Below are positions 1 to 10,925 of a DNA stretch of 30,969 nt, piece after piece. The notes under the pieces were generated by a model. That model made no database searches. It saw nothing but the letters and a program-made list of their open reading frames with translations, and had not been told where the DNA came from. This DNA comes from a virus (Duplodnaviria > Caudoviricetes). How positions within the stretch are numbered: position 1 is the stretch's first letter; each line of letters begins with the position of its first letter. The stretch is taken from IMG/VR virus record IMGVR_UViG_3300040815_002492, positions 1 through 30,969 of that record; one strand, given 5' to 3'. Position numbers and translations under genes: made by a program.

Positions 1-275
1 CCGCCGCCTGTTCTAGAACCTATACTTCTACGAAAAAGTCTACGCACTTCGATAACTTCATTTGGCAGAGTATATTCGTTTACATCTTCTATAGTTTCCA
101 TAAACAAGTATGATTCTTCAACTGCATTGTCACTTCTTTGTCTAAATCGTGTTAAGGCTTTGTCTAATGCAGTTTCGTAATGAACTGGATCAAGTTCAAC
201 ATCAATCATACCACCGCCCAGCATAGTATGAACGTAGTCAAAAATTTCTTGTTTTTGTGTTGCTAAGTCTGCCAT
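1..275 (-). CDS. Neck/head-completion protein, T4 gp13-like (5' part only; runs off the left edge)
   Basis: Not in the ORF track. Manual translation from ATG at 275 gives MADLATQKQEIFDYVHTMLGGGMIDVELDPVHYETALDKALTRFRQRSDNAVEESY..., open to base 1. It resembles the gp13 N-terminal LG..I.VE pattern, has a GGAG RBS upstream and is adjacent to gp14/gp15-like genes. Confidence 0.75.
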   Translation of the reverse strand, partial: MADLATQKQEIFDYVHTMLGGGMIDVELDPVHYETALDKALTRFRQRSDNAVEESYLFMETIEDVNEYTLPNEVIEVRRLFRRSIGSRTGG

Positions 276-294
276 ATATAGTTCTCCGTACTAC

Positions 295-302
295 TATTTA
301 TC
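295..302 (-). promoter_or_regulatory. T4-late-type promoter motif (GATAAATA) for the gp13-like gene
   Basis: The + strand reads TATTTATC, i.e. GATAAATA on -. It is one mismatch from the T4 late consensus TATAAATA and lies just upstream of the RBS. Confidence 0.6.
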
Positions 303-306
303 ATAG

Positions 307-314
307 CATAAATA
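307..314 (+). promoter_or_regulatory. T4-late-type promoter motif (CATAAATA) for the gp14-like gene
   Basis: CATAAATA, then 5 nt, then ATG at 320. It is back-to-back with the minus-strand motif. Confidence 0.6.
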
Positions 315-319
315 TGTAT

Positions 320-1423
320 ATGCCAAGACTAAGTTTATATAAACCAGAAAAGGGTAAAGATTACGAGTTTCTAGACAGACAAATTCTAGAAATGTTTACT
401 GTAGGCGGAACTGACGTTCATATATACAAATATACAGGAACTGATGACGGAACTACAGTAAAGGATCATACTCAAATACAAGATGTACTATTTTTAGAAA
501 ATAGAGATAGAAAATATGATCCGGATATCTACCGTATGCGCTGTATATACAACGTGCAAGATATTGATTTTGATTTAAGCCAGTTTGGTTTGTTTTTAAG
601 TAACGACACACTGTTTATGACTATACATATAAGGAGTAGTGTAGAAACTTTAGGTAGAAAAATAATGCCTGGAGATGTTTTTGAGTTACCTCATCTTATT
701 GATGAATATGCAGAAAACAATTACGATGTAGGACTAAAAAGGTTCTATGTAGTAGAAGACATTAATAGGGCAGCAGAAGGCTTTTCACAAACTTGGTACC
801 CACACTTATATCGTGTGAAATTAAAACAAATATACGATGGTCAAGAATACAAAGATATTTTAGATTTACCGGCTGAGGAAGAAAATCCTAGTGGTAACAC
901 TCTGAGAGATATACTATCTACTTACGAAGCAGAAATGAATCTTAATAATGCTGTAATTTCTGAAGCAATAACTAATACAGAAAAAAGCGGATATGATATC
1001 AGTCATTACTATAGTGTTAGTGTAAACGAAGAAGGAAAAGTAAATCTAACAACCTTAAAAGATGCTGACGGATTAAGCATCATGGAACCGCCAGACAGGG
1101 CTGGTTATAGGGGTTATATAATAGGTGACAGAACTTCGCCAAACGGAGATGTATTTGGCTTTGGTGTAGCATTTCCTAATGCGCCTCAAGACTTTGATTA
1201 TTTCTTAAGAACAGATTTTTTACCTAATAGACTATTCCAATTTAAAAACAATAAGTGGAACAAGATATACGATGTTTCTCGTGCAGAAGTTTATGGTAGT
1301 GATTTAACAAACACACAAAAAGGCACGTTTATCAATAATACAAATACAAACAACATTGGCGGCGAACAAGTTGAAGAGCGTCAAGGACTTTCTAAAGCAC
1401 TACGACCTAAGGCAGACAACTAA
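320..1423 (+). CDS. Neck/head-closure protein, T4 gp14-like
   Basis: ORF 257..1423. The real start is probably MPRLSLY at 320, because the upstream extension overlaps the divergent gene. Motifs LFLENRDRKY, LSQFGLFL and PGDVFELP fit gp14-like proteins, and it lies between gp13-like and gp15-like genes. Confidence 0.7.
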   Translation: MPRLSLYKPEKGKDYEFLDRQILEMFTVGGTDVHIYKYTGTDDGTTVKDHTQIQDVLFLENRDRKYDPDIYRMRCIYNVQDIDFDLSQFGLFLSNDTLFMTIHIRSSVETLGRKIMPGDVFELPHLIDEYAENNYDVGLKRFYVVEDINRAAEGFSQTWYPHLYRVKLKQIYDGQEYKDILDLPAEEENPSGNTLRDILSTYEAEMNLNNAVISEAITNTEKSGYDISHYYSVSVNEEGKVNLTTLKDADGLSIMEPPDRAGYRGYIIGDRTSPNGDVFGFGVAFPNAPQDFDYFLRTDFLPNRLFQFKNNKWNKIYDVSRAEVYGSDLTNTQKGTFINNTNTNNIGGEQVEERQGLSKALRPKADN

Positions 1424-2856
1424 TGCAACATTTTTACGATGCACAAATAAGAAGATACCTTGTTCAAATAGTAAGACTGTTTGGACAATTTAGTTATCAA
1501 GACGGTAAAGGCAATAAAGTACAGGTACCAGTAACTTATGGTGATTTAACTAGACAAGTTGGTTCAATTATTAGAGATAACTCAGAAAACAAAATACCAA
1601 GTGCACCTAGGATGGCTGTTTACATTACTGGCCTAGAAATGGATACTACAAGATTAGCAGACTCCAGCTATATTAACAAATTAAATATTAGAGAACGTGC
1701 TTTAAATGCTGCAGGTGATGAATATTTAAATAAAGCGGGAAAAAATTATACAGTAGAACGTATTATGCCTACACCTTATACATTGTCAGTAAGTGTAGAT
1801 ATTTGGAGCACTAATACAGATCAAAAGTTACAAATAATGGAACAAATTTTAATGTTGTTTAATCCTAGTTTAGAAATACAAACTACGGATAACTATGTTG
1901 ATTGGACTAGTTTGAGTGTCCTTGAAATAGATAACATTAATTTTAGTAATAGAACAATACCCACAGGAACAGACTCTGAAATAGACATAGGAACTATTGG
2001 GTTGAAAACACCTATATTCATAAGTCCTCCTGCAAAGGTTAAAAAATTAGGTGTTATTACAGAAATTATTACAGCTATTTTTAATGATAACGGTTTAGAA
2101 GTAAATATCCAAGATGACGCTTATGCTCAAAGTTTAATTCAACAAAAACTTGTAGACTCAAATGAAGGCACTGAAACTCAACAAGGGCCTAGAGCTTCGT
2201 TGACCACTGAGGATGCTCTAGTAGCAACCAGCTATCAGAATTATGATATTGTAGTATTAGGTAATAAGGCTACATTGTATAAAAATGGAGTTGCAACAAC
2301 TGACACTTGGACCGGATTTATTGCTGCGCAACCATTTAAATTTGAACCAGGGCTAACAGAGTTAAGATTACAGCGTAACAACGATCTTGATATAATCATA
2401 ACTATAGATAAAATTAATCCTGATAACGAATCGGAATTATTATTACTAGATGCAGATTCAGAAACCCTGCCTTCAAATACAATCATTTCAGGACCAGGTG
2501 GTGATAAAACATATGTTGAGTATATAATTGATCCGCAAAGATTTGACCCAAAATCAATTCAAGATTCATCAACATATGTAAGACTACTATTATTAGGTAA
2601 CATAGGTAATGTTAATAATACAGACGGTGCTGCTGCGTGGAAAAACAACGATAATACAGACTTTGTAGCAAGTGAAAATGATATTATTGAATGGGATGGC
2701 AACCGTTGGAATATTGTTTTTGATGCAAGCGAAACAAGTTCTGAAGCGTTTGTTCTTAATGCGAATACAGATACACAATACAAATGGACTGGGGAAATTT
2801 GGATATTATCGTACGAAGGTGAATATCCAAATGGCACGTGGCGTTTCGCATACTAA
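1423..2856 (+). CDS. Tail completion/sheath stabiliser, T4 gp15-like, with C-terminal extension
   Basis: N-terminus HFYDAQIRRYLVQ..LF, VPVTYG, PRMA and MPTPY...QIMEQIL..FNP match gp15-family motifs. Translationally coupled to the upstream gene (TAATG). Confidence 0.8.
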   Translation: MQHFYDAQIRRYLVQIVRLFGQFSYQDGKGNKVQVPVTYGDLTRQVGSIIRDNSENKIPSAPRMAVYITGLEMDTTRLADSSYINKLNIRERALNAAGDEYLNKAGKNYTVERIMPTPYTLSVSVDIWSTNTDQKLQIMEQILMLFNPSLEIQTTDNYVDWTSLSVLEIDNINFSNRTIPTGTDSEIDIGTIGLKTPIFISPPAKVKKLGVITEIITAIFNDNGLEVNIQDDAYAQSLIQQKLVDSNEGTETQQGPRASLTTEDALVATSYQNYDIVVLGNKATLYKNGVATTDTWTGFIAAQPFKFEPGLTELRLQRNNDLDIIITIDKINPDNESELLLLDADSETLPSNTIISGPGGDKTYVEYIIDPQRFDPKSIQDSSTYVRLLLLGNIGNVNNTDGAAAWKNNDNTDFVASENDIIEWDGNRWNIVFDASETSSEAFVLNANTDTQYKWTGEIWILSYEGEYPNGTWRFAY

Positions 2857-2864
2857 CATAATTA
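2857..2864 (+). promoter_or_regulatory. Late-type promoter variant (CATAATTA) before the Nudix gene
   Basis: CATAATTA, 5 nt, then ATG at 2870, the same geometry as at 320, 8209 and 19189. Confidence 0.45.
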
Positions 2865-2869
2865 ATTAT

Positions 2870-3301
2870 ATGAAGGATATAGTTTGTAGCGGTGCATTGT
2901 TTTATGCATTAGATCAAAAAAGATTTTTATTTTTACACAGAGCAAATAACAAACGAAATAATGTTTGGGGACTTGTTGGCGGCACCAATGAAGGTAAAGA
3001 AACACCTTGGGAAGGCTTACGTAGAGAAATTACCGAAGAAATAGGTGAAATAGAAATTAAAAAAACTATACCTCTAGAAACTTTTGTTAGCAATGATACA
3101 AAATTTCATTTCCATACATACTTGTGTTTAGTAAAAAACGAATTTATTCCTAAATTAAACAGCGAACATGACGGATATGCATGGGTTAGTTTTGGATTAT
3201 GGCCTAAGCCTTTGCATTATGGTTTACAGAATACCTTGACAAGAAAAAGTAATATAACAAAATTAAAAACAGTATTTGAAGTAATAGATTTGGTAAACTA
3301 A
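2870..3301 (+). CDS. Nudix hydrolase
   Basis: Complete Nudix box G-x5-E-x7-REITEEIG (GTNEGKETPWEGLRREITEEIG). Start moved to MKDIVCSG at 2870 because the longer ORF overlaps the gp15-like gene. Confidence 0.9.
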   Translation: MKDIVCSGALFYALDQKRFLFLHRANNKRNNVWGLVGGTNEGKETPWEGLRREITEEIGEIEIKKTIPLETFVSNDTKFHFHTYLCLVKNEFIPKLNSEHDGYAWVSFGLWPKPLHYGLQNTLTRKSNITKLKTVFEVIDLVN

Positions 3302-3639
3302 TGGACAATATAAAAGAAAAAGAATGGGGGTATGAGCTTGTCTGGGCAGACAACGAATATTATTGTAGTAAAATATTAGTGTTTGAAAAGGAAGGTATGA
3401 AAACTCAATTGCACTTTCACAAAGACAAACACAAAACCTGGTTTGTTAATGCAGGTAAATTTGAAGTACAGTGGGTAGATCCTAAAGACGGTAAGGCATA
3501 TTCTAAGGAGCTGCCTGAAGGTTCGGTATTTGACATTCCTCCATTATTTCCTGTCACATTAAAAAGTTTATTACCCAATAGTGCTATGGCAGAAACTAGC
3601 AATAACAATATAGATGATGACTATTATAGGTTAAACTAA
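3301..3639 (+). CDS. Cupin-fold protein (mannose-6-phosphate-isomerase C-terminal-like), apparently degenerate metal site
   Basis: KEWGYE...LHFHKDKHKTWFV..G and the C-terminal DDDYYR pattern match this cupin family. Confidence 0.7.
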   Translation: MDNIKEKEWGYELVWADNEYYCSKILVFEKEGMKTQLHFHKDKHKTWFVNAGKFEVQWVDPKDGKAYSKELPEGSVFDIPPLFPVTLKSLLPNSAMAETSNNNIDDDYYRLN

Positions 3640-3899
3640 TGTTAAGAATAAGTCAATCCAAACAATTTAAAAAAGACTTTGCACGATATAAACGAGATAT
3701 TGAAAAAATTTCAAATGACCGTGTAAAAGAGGAATGCAATGCTATCTTAAACAAATTGCTTAATGAATGTAGTTATATCGATGCTGTCCACGATGTAATC
3801 AACAAGTCGATTGATCCTACTAAGGTTAGAGAAAATATCGAACATAGTATTGTTCTACGTCAAAAATTAAATAAAATAATTAAAGATTCTAAAAATTAA
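3639..3899 (+). CDS. Hypothetical protein (86 aa, probably helical)
   Basis: Coupled to the previous gene (TAATG) and fills the gap exactly. No diagnostic motif. Confidence 0.7.
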   Translation: MLRISQSKQFKKDFARYKRDIEKISNDRVKEECNAILNKLLNECSYIDAVHDVINKSIDPTKVRENIEHSIVLRQKLNKIIKDSKN

Positions 3900-4738
3900 A
3901 TTAAACTTAATCTTTTAATAGTAATAGGACCTACCATTGGAGCATGAGACTGACATTGGTATCTATAGTTTCCGTTTAAAGTTTCTGGTATTCTCCAATA
4001 TAACGTTCCGCTATCTTTTCCCTGGGCGTCTTCTCCGGTGCTAACAGTTCCATCTGTTGCAACATGAACTAATCCTGTATTATACGGATCTCCAATTGGG
4101 CTTTGTATTTCAAAAGGATGTCCGGGTACTGCTGTTAAATCAAAAGCAATAGTTGTGCCCGAAATAGCATATATATTTGGATTACTTCCTGTATAATGAC
4201 TATTAAATGTATAAGAACTGGTTCCTACATTGTCTACTCTTAACATAACAATAGCAGGTTCGTATACTTTATCTACTGTAAGATTTGCGCTAGATGAATC
4301 TGTTAATTCTTGAAATGATATACTAGAACCAGTACTAGTTATAGTAAGTGTATCTGTTCCACTATTAGTTGTTATTGAAATGCCTGCACCTGCTGCAATA
4401 TTAAGTGTATCTGTTATAATATCTGCCTGTAATGTATTTTGACCTGTAACAGCAATATTAGAAAATGCATTTTGATTAACTTCGCCGCTACCGCCACCAC
4501 TTACTGTACCTGGTTTCCATAGGCTGTTTGCATTATCCCAAACTAAACTTTGTCCGTCAGTAGGGGCAACACTTGTTGTATCAACATCGTTAAGAGAATC
4601 TATGCTTGCAGATGATAGCGTAACAATTGCGTTATAACTAACAACGTTCCATGCTGCTCCGTCATACTCCCAAATGGTATCATTTTCGGTGTATGTATCG
4701 CCTTGTGTAGGACTATTTGGAAAGTTTATTGCTGCCAT
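3896..4738 (-). CDS. Virion fibre-like protein with C-terminal cupredoxin/plastocyanin-like domain
   Basis: N-terminal INFPNSP..GDTY...WEYDG..W, linker SLNDVDT...APTDGQSLVW...WKP, and C-terminal GHPF...YQCQSHAPMVG. Confidence 0.65.
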   Translation of the reverse strand: MAAINFPNSPTQGDTYTENDTIWEYDGAAWNVVSYNAIVTLSSASIDSLNDVDTTSVAPTDGQSLVWDNANSLWKPGTVSGGGSGEVNQNAFSNIAVTGQNTLQADIITDTLNIAAGAGISITTNSGTDTLTITSTGSSISFQELTDSSSANLTVDKVYEPAIVMLRVDNVGTSSYTFNSHYTGSNPNIYAISGTTIAFDLTAVPGHPFEIQSPIGDPYNTGLVHVATDGTVSTGEDAQGKDSGTLYWRIPETLNGNYRYQCQSHAPMVGPITIKRLSLI

Positions 4739-4750
4739 AATTTACCTATT

Positions 4751-5902
4751 CTATCCGTATGTATTTGAACTTGCAATCACTGTCCATGCGTTGCCTGTTC
4801 TGATTAATGTAAAACTTACTATATCTAGTTTATTACTTGTTCCTGCAGGAGCACTTCCCCCTATCCAATTTATAGTTTGCGTAACTCCGTCAATTTGTGC
4901 ACCTAAACTCATATAAGGTGTAGATCCTTGATCTAATATAAGTGCAATACTTACAGTTCTATTATTTGTGGTAGGCACATTGGTAAAGTTAGCAATGAAA
5001 TTTCCTGCAATGTTAGTATGAGAAAAAACTGCGGAAGAGGAAAGATCATGCACAACAGTGCTTGTAGCATTTGCTAGGCTTGTTACTATTTCTGTAGTTG
5101 AGCCAAATGTAGTTGATCCTGTTAGAGTAATATTTTGGTAATTTGTAGGAAGGTTAGTAAAATTATCATAATTTAGATAATATGTTCCTTCTTGTCCGTC
5201 TAAAGTGTCTGCATCTGTTCCTGATCCACCGCTGGTAATGTCAGCAGAAGGTATCCAGTTTGTTCCATTCCATTTTAGTACTTGACCGGTTTCTGGCGCG
5301 GCTGTTTCAGTATCAACATCAGACAGATCATTTATAGATGTTGCTAGCGTAGGAAGGTTTGTTAAATCATTATAGTCGCCACTAAATGTTGGCATTGCAG
5401 GTTGAACCCATTGACTACTATCTGCGTCTTGAATATAGATGTATAATTTTCCGTTAAGTGTATTGAGCCACAAGTTCCCTACACTAGGATCTGACGGTGC
5501 TGATGCACCTATGTCTACACTTGCTCCGCCGCCGGAGTTTGATAATTCATCTAACCTTGCTAGTGCTATCCAAGATCCTGTTTCTGAAGCAAAATATCCT
5601 CTATCTTCGGATTCTACATATGCAAACATTCCTACATTATTAGATGCTGTAGGTAAATCATTTACTGTTGCATAAGATTCCCAGGAAATATCTTCATTTG
5701 ACAAATTTAAATTTGATAAGTTAACGTTACTTAGATCCGCTCTTGCTATTTCGAATCCACTAACATCTTTACCGCTGTATACACGTAAACTGCTTGTTTC
5801 TCTATTGAAGAATACTTCACCACTAGATCCTACGTTTCGATCTAAAAAATCGCCCGGTCTTGGTATAATTCGTATTCTATCTACTATTGGTGCTGATGAC
5901 AT
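4751..5902 (-). CDS. Tail-fibre-like virion protein
   Basis: Fibre motifs GEVFFN..LRVY, AP....GNLWLNT..G.LYIY, FSGDYNDL.N.P, DLSDVDT..AP..GQVLKW, DADTLDG, and a C-terminal INW.GG.AP...DIVSF domain. RBS AGGA upstream. Confidence 0.7.
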   Translation of the reverse strand: MSSAPIVDRIRIIPRPGDFLDRNVGSSGEVFFNRETSSLRVYSGKDVSGFEIARADLSNVNLSNLNLSNEDISWESYATVNDLPTASNNVGMFAYVESEDRGYFASETGSWIALARLDELSNSGGGASVDIGASAPSDPSVGNLWLNTLNGKLYIYIQDADSSQWVQPAMPTFSGDYNDLTNLPTLATSINDLSDVDTETAAPETGQVLKWNGTNWIPSADITSGGSGTDADTLDGQEGTYYLNYDNFTNLPTNYQNITLTGSTTFGSTTEIVTSLANATSTVVHDLSSSAVFSHTNIAGNFIANFTNVPTTNNRTVSIALILDQGSTPYMSLGAQIDGVTQTINWIGGSAPAGTSNKLDIVSFTLIRTGNAWTVIASSNTYG

Positions 5903-5925
5903 GAGTTGTTATTCCTAGTTAAATA

Positions 5926-5933
5926 TATTTATC
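5926..5933 (-). promoter_or_regulatory. T4-late-type promoter motif (GATAAATA)
   Basis: TATTTATC on the + strand, in the intergenic gap upstream of the 5902 start. Confidence 0.6.
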
Positions 5934-5972
5934 AGTATAAGTCAAACGATATGCCGTTATATCTACTTCGCT

Positions 5973-5980
5973 GATAAGTA
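5973..5980 (+). promoter_or_regulatory. Late-type promoter variant (GATAAGTA) upstream of groEL
   Basis: One mismatch from GATAAATA, upstream of the AGGAG RBS at 5998-6002. Confidence 0.4.
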
Positions 5981-5986
5981 CAATAA

Positions 5987-8169
<2,183 letters not shown>

Positions 8170-8194
8170 TATTAAATCCTTCTGTTAAAGCGTT

Positions 8195-8210
8195 ATATAA
8201 ATATTTATAT
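8195..8210. promoter_or_regulatory. Perfect 16-bp palindrome holding two overlapping divergent TATAAATA late promoters
   Basis: ATATAAATATTTATAT: TATAAATA on + at 8196-8203 and on - at 8209-8202, between divergent genes. Confidence 0.7.
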
Positions 8211-8973
8211 GTTGTTCAAGAAGAGAGAAATAAAAATTGTTTTTAAGACGTTTGATCCGTTTGTGCTAAAAAATTTAGCACCGTCACAGCGTAAAAATAA
8301 ACATCCAGACTGGTTTAAAAACACTCCGCCCTTTCAAGAAGGCGGATCAGTGTCTAGCAATTTTGATAGTATACCTGCTCCTACTATTAGAAGATGTCCT
8401 GCATTAAATGATTACTTTTCTACCGGAGTTACAGTTCCAAATTGGACTGATCTTGAATTTTTTGTCGACGGTCCGAAAAGATCAATCGAATGGAGATATT
8501 CAAATGATTACCAATCAATGGAGCTAGTTCAGCCGCACGATTCAAGTCAATTTCCCACGTTATCTAAAAAATACATGCATGCCAAAATAATTAGTCCTTG
8601 GATTGCTGAGTGTAATTCAGATATAAATTGGTTGCTAACAAAACCTAGTTATTTTTCCGAGTTTGACGATCAAGATGTTATCTTCTGCGACGGTGTTGTA
8701 CAATTTTATAACAACTTTGTTACAAATGTAAATTTATTTTTTCCGATACGAGATTCAAGTTACACAGTAAAATTTACAGCAGGAGAACCATTTCAGAAGT
8801 ATATAGCACTCACCGAACAACCAATAAATATTGCTACTGAGTATTGCACCCAAGAATATTATGATTTAGCAGCGATGAAGGGTAGAAAAATTTCATATCA
8901 TCTAGGAACGCTGTATAATATTTTTAAAAGAAATAACCGTAAGGAGAAAGACAATGGCAACAAAAAAAGTTAA
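8209..8973 (+). CDS. Conserved-looking phage hypothetical protein (PxW...TIRRCP..D...G..VPxW family)
   Basis: 254-aa ORF, first gene of the rightward enzyme operon. The motif pattern recurs in phage oxygenase clusters from my recollection; function unknown. Confidence 0.7.
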   Translation: MLFKKREIKIVFKTFDPFVLKNLAPSQRKNKHPDWFKNTPPFQEGGSVSSNFDSIPAPTIRRCPALNDYFSTGVTVPNWTDLEFFVDGPKRSIEWRYSNDYQSMELVQPHDSSQFPTLSKKYMHAKIISPWIAECNSDINWLLTKPSYFSEFDDQDVIFCDGVVQFYNNFVTNVNLFFPIRDSSYTVKFTAGEPFQKYIALTEQPINIATEYCTQEYYDLAAMKGRKISYHLGTLYNIFKRNNRKEKDNGNKKS

Positions 8974-9322
8974 TGGAGTAACATATCAAATACCTCCAGG
9001 CACAGAACACGTTTGGACTCCCCCAGAAGATGTTGTAGTTACCCCGCCGCGTGATGAAGTTGACGTTGCGGATGCTATTCACGGATTAAGAGTTCAAGGA
9101 TTAGTTAGAAATCAAGATCAACAAAAAGTTGAAGAGTTATCTGACGGTCTTGGTTTGCTTTGGACAAATTTTAAAGCAGGAAAATCTAGTAAAGATCAAT
9201 TAACTAATCAACTTAGTGCATTTAGAAATAACAATTTGGTAAACGTAGAAGGTATAGACGATATTACTGTTCAGATCTTTGAAACAGTGATTATAAAAAT
9301 ATTAATGGAGAGCAATCTGTGA
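8954..9322 (+). CDS. Hypothetical protein (122 aa)
   Basis: Strong RBS AAGGAG before the ATG; overlaps the halogenase start (GTGA). Confidence 0.75.
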   Translation: MATKKVNGVTYQIPPGTEHVWTPPEDVVVTPPRDEVDVADAIHGLRVQGLVRNQDQQKVEELSDGLGLLWTNFKAGKSSKDQLTNQLSAFRNNNLVNVEGIDDITVQIFETVIIKILMESNL

Positions 9323-10923
9323 TCAAACCTGTCCAAAGAATTTTAATAGTCGGTGGAGGAAGCGCAGGTTGGATGAGCGCAGCTGCCTTAATAAAGGCAT
9401 ATCCTGAAAAGGAAATACTAGTTATTGAAAGTCCTGATGTGCCTATTGTCGGAGTAGGCGAAAGCACACTAGGAGGCATTAATGACTATTGTAAGTTTTT
9501 AGGTATAGATGAAAAAGATTTTATGACTTACACTGATGCTAGTTATAAAATGAGTATAAAATTTACTGACTTCTACGAAAAAGATGCTGGTGGATTTCAT
9601 TATCCATTTGGAAGACCGCTTACTCAAGATACAGCCCACGGAATGGATGATTGGTTAGTTAAAAAAGCATTATATCCGGATACTCCTCTTAACGATTTTG
9701 TACAGTGCTTTTTTCCAGGAGCAGCATTATGGGATGAAAACAAATTTTCACTAAACAAATATGGGATGTTTGACAACTACAACCCAGACAATGATGTTGC
9801 TTATCATTTTGATGCTACTAAATTTGGCGCCTGGCTAAGAGAAAGATACTGTAAGCCAAGAGGTGTAGTTCACATACAAGCAACTGTTGTAGATATTAAA
9901 ACAAATGACAATGGCATCGAAAAACTAATATTAGATTCCGGTGATGAAATAAGTTCAGATCTTTACGTCGATTGTACAGGATTTAAAAGCCTGTTGTTAG
10001 GAAAAGCACTAGAAGAACCGTTTATTCCATATAACGATATGTTACCCAACAACAGAGCCTGGGCTACACGAGTGCCATATAAAGATAAAGAAAAAGAATT
10101 AGAGCCGTTTACTAATAGCATTGCTATTGAAAACGGTTGGGTATGGAATATTCCTAGCTGGGAAAGATTAGGTACAGGTTATGTATACAGTGACAGATTT
10201 GTTACTCCGGAAGAAGCACAAGAAGAATTTAAACGCCACTTAATGAGCGATAAAATGATTTGTCCTCGCACAAGAGAAGAAGTAGATGCCTTAGAGTTCA
10301 AAGATATTCAAATGCGAGTTGGTATACATGAAAGAACTTTTGTAAAAAATGTAGTAGCTATAGGATTATCTGCTGGATTTATTGAGCCGCTGGAATCAAA
10401 CGGACTATACACTGTACACGAATTTCTTTTCAAGCTAATAAAAACTTTAGAGCGGCCAGCTATTACGCAATGGGATAAGGACGTATATAACTCAGCAGCA
10501 TTTGGCATGTGGAGAAACTTTGCACAGTTTGTTGCAATGCATTATGCATTAAGTATAAGAAACGATACAGAATATTGGAGGGCAAATGCAAACAGAACAT
10601 ATTCTCCAGGAATGCCAACACTAGAGCCAGAAACTGCAATCGGATTTTATAGATTACAAGGTTCTAAAATGTTTGAGTATACCCATAATTCTGATATTGC
10701 AGGAATTAACTGGATTAGTGTAGGTATGAACTATTTTGTTTCAGACAAAACAACAATTGAAATGCGACAAAATACTACCGGAGAAAATTTTAGAATATCT
10801 TATGATCCGATTTTTAGAATGTGGGAAGAAAGAAAAGCTCGTTGGAGAGAGACAGCAAAGAACTGCCCAAGTTTATATCAGTATCTTAAAGATAATATTC
10901 ATAATAATGAAGGACAGGAGTAA
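9319..10923 (+). CDS. Tryptophan-halogenase-family flavin-dependent halogenase (copy 1)
   Basis: GGGSAG FAD motif, GVGES, ASYKMSIKF (catalytic Lys), YHFDA, DCTGF, GWVWNIP (WxWxIP) and FIEPLESNG. Confidence 0.92.
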   Translation: MIKPVQRILIVGGGSAGWMSAAALIKAYPEKEILVIESPDVPIVGVGESTLGGINDYCKFLGIDEKDFMTYTDASYKMSIKFTDFYEKDAGGFHYPFGRPLTQDTAHGMDDWLVKKALYPDTPLNDFVQCFFPGAALWDENKFSLNKYGMFDNYNPDNDVAYHFDATKFGAWLRERYCKPRGVVHIQATVVDIKTNDNGIEKLILDSGDEISSDLYVDCTGFKSLLLGKALEEPFIPYNDMLPNNRAWATRVPYKDKEKELEPFTNSIAIENGWVWNIPSWERLGTGYVYSDRFVTPEEAQEEFKRHLMSDKMICPRTREEVDALEFKDIQMRVGIHERTFVKNVVAIGLSAGFIEPLESNGLYTVHEFLFKLIKTLERPAITQWDKDVYNSAAFGMWRNFAQFVAMHYALSIRNDTEYWRANANRTYSPGMPTLEPETAIGFYRLQGSKMFEYTHNSDIAGINWISVGMNYFVSDKTTIEMRQNTTGENFRISYDPIFRMWEERKARWRETAKNCPSLYQYLKDNIHNNEGQE

Positions 10924-10925
10924 CA

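Noticed and set aside
257-319. Upstream extension of the gp14-like ORF (TTG at 257)
   Set aside because: It overlaps the divergent gp13-like gene and both promoter motifs; ATG 320 fits better.
2672-2869. N-terminal extension of the Nudix ORF
   Set aside because: It lies inside the gp15-like gene in another frame; the Nudix fold begins at ATG 2870.
3639-3899. N-terminus MLRISQSKQFKKDF resembles RelE/YafQ toxins
   Set aside because: The rest looks all-helical, lacks the RelE beta-sheet and catalytic motifs, and there is no antitoxin-like neighbour.
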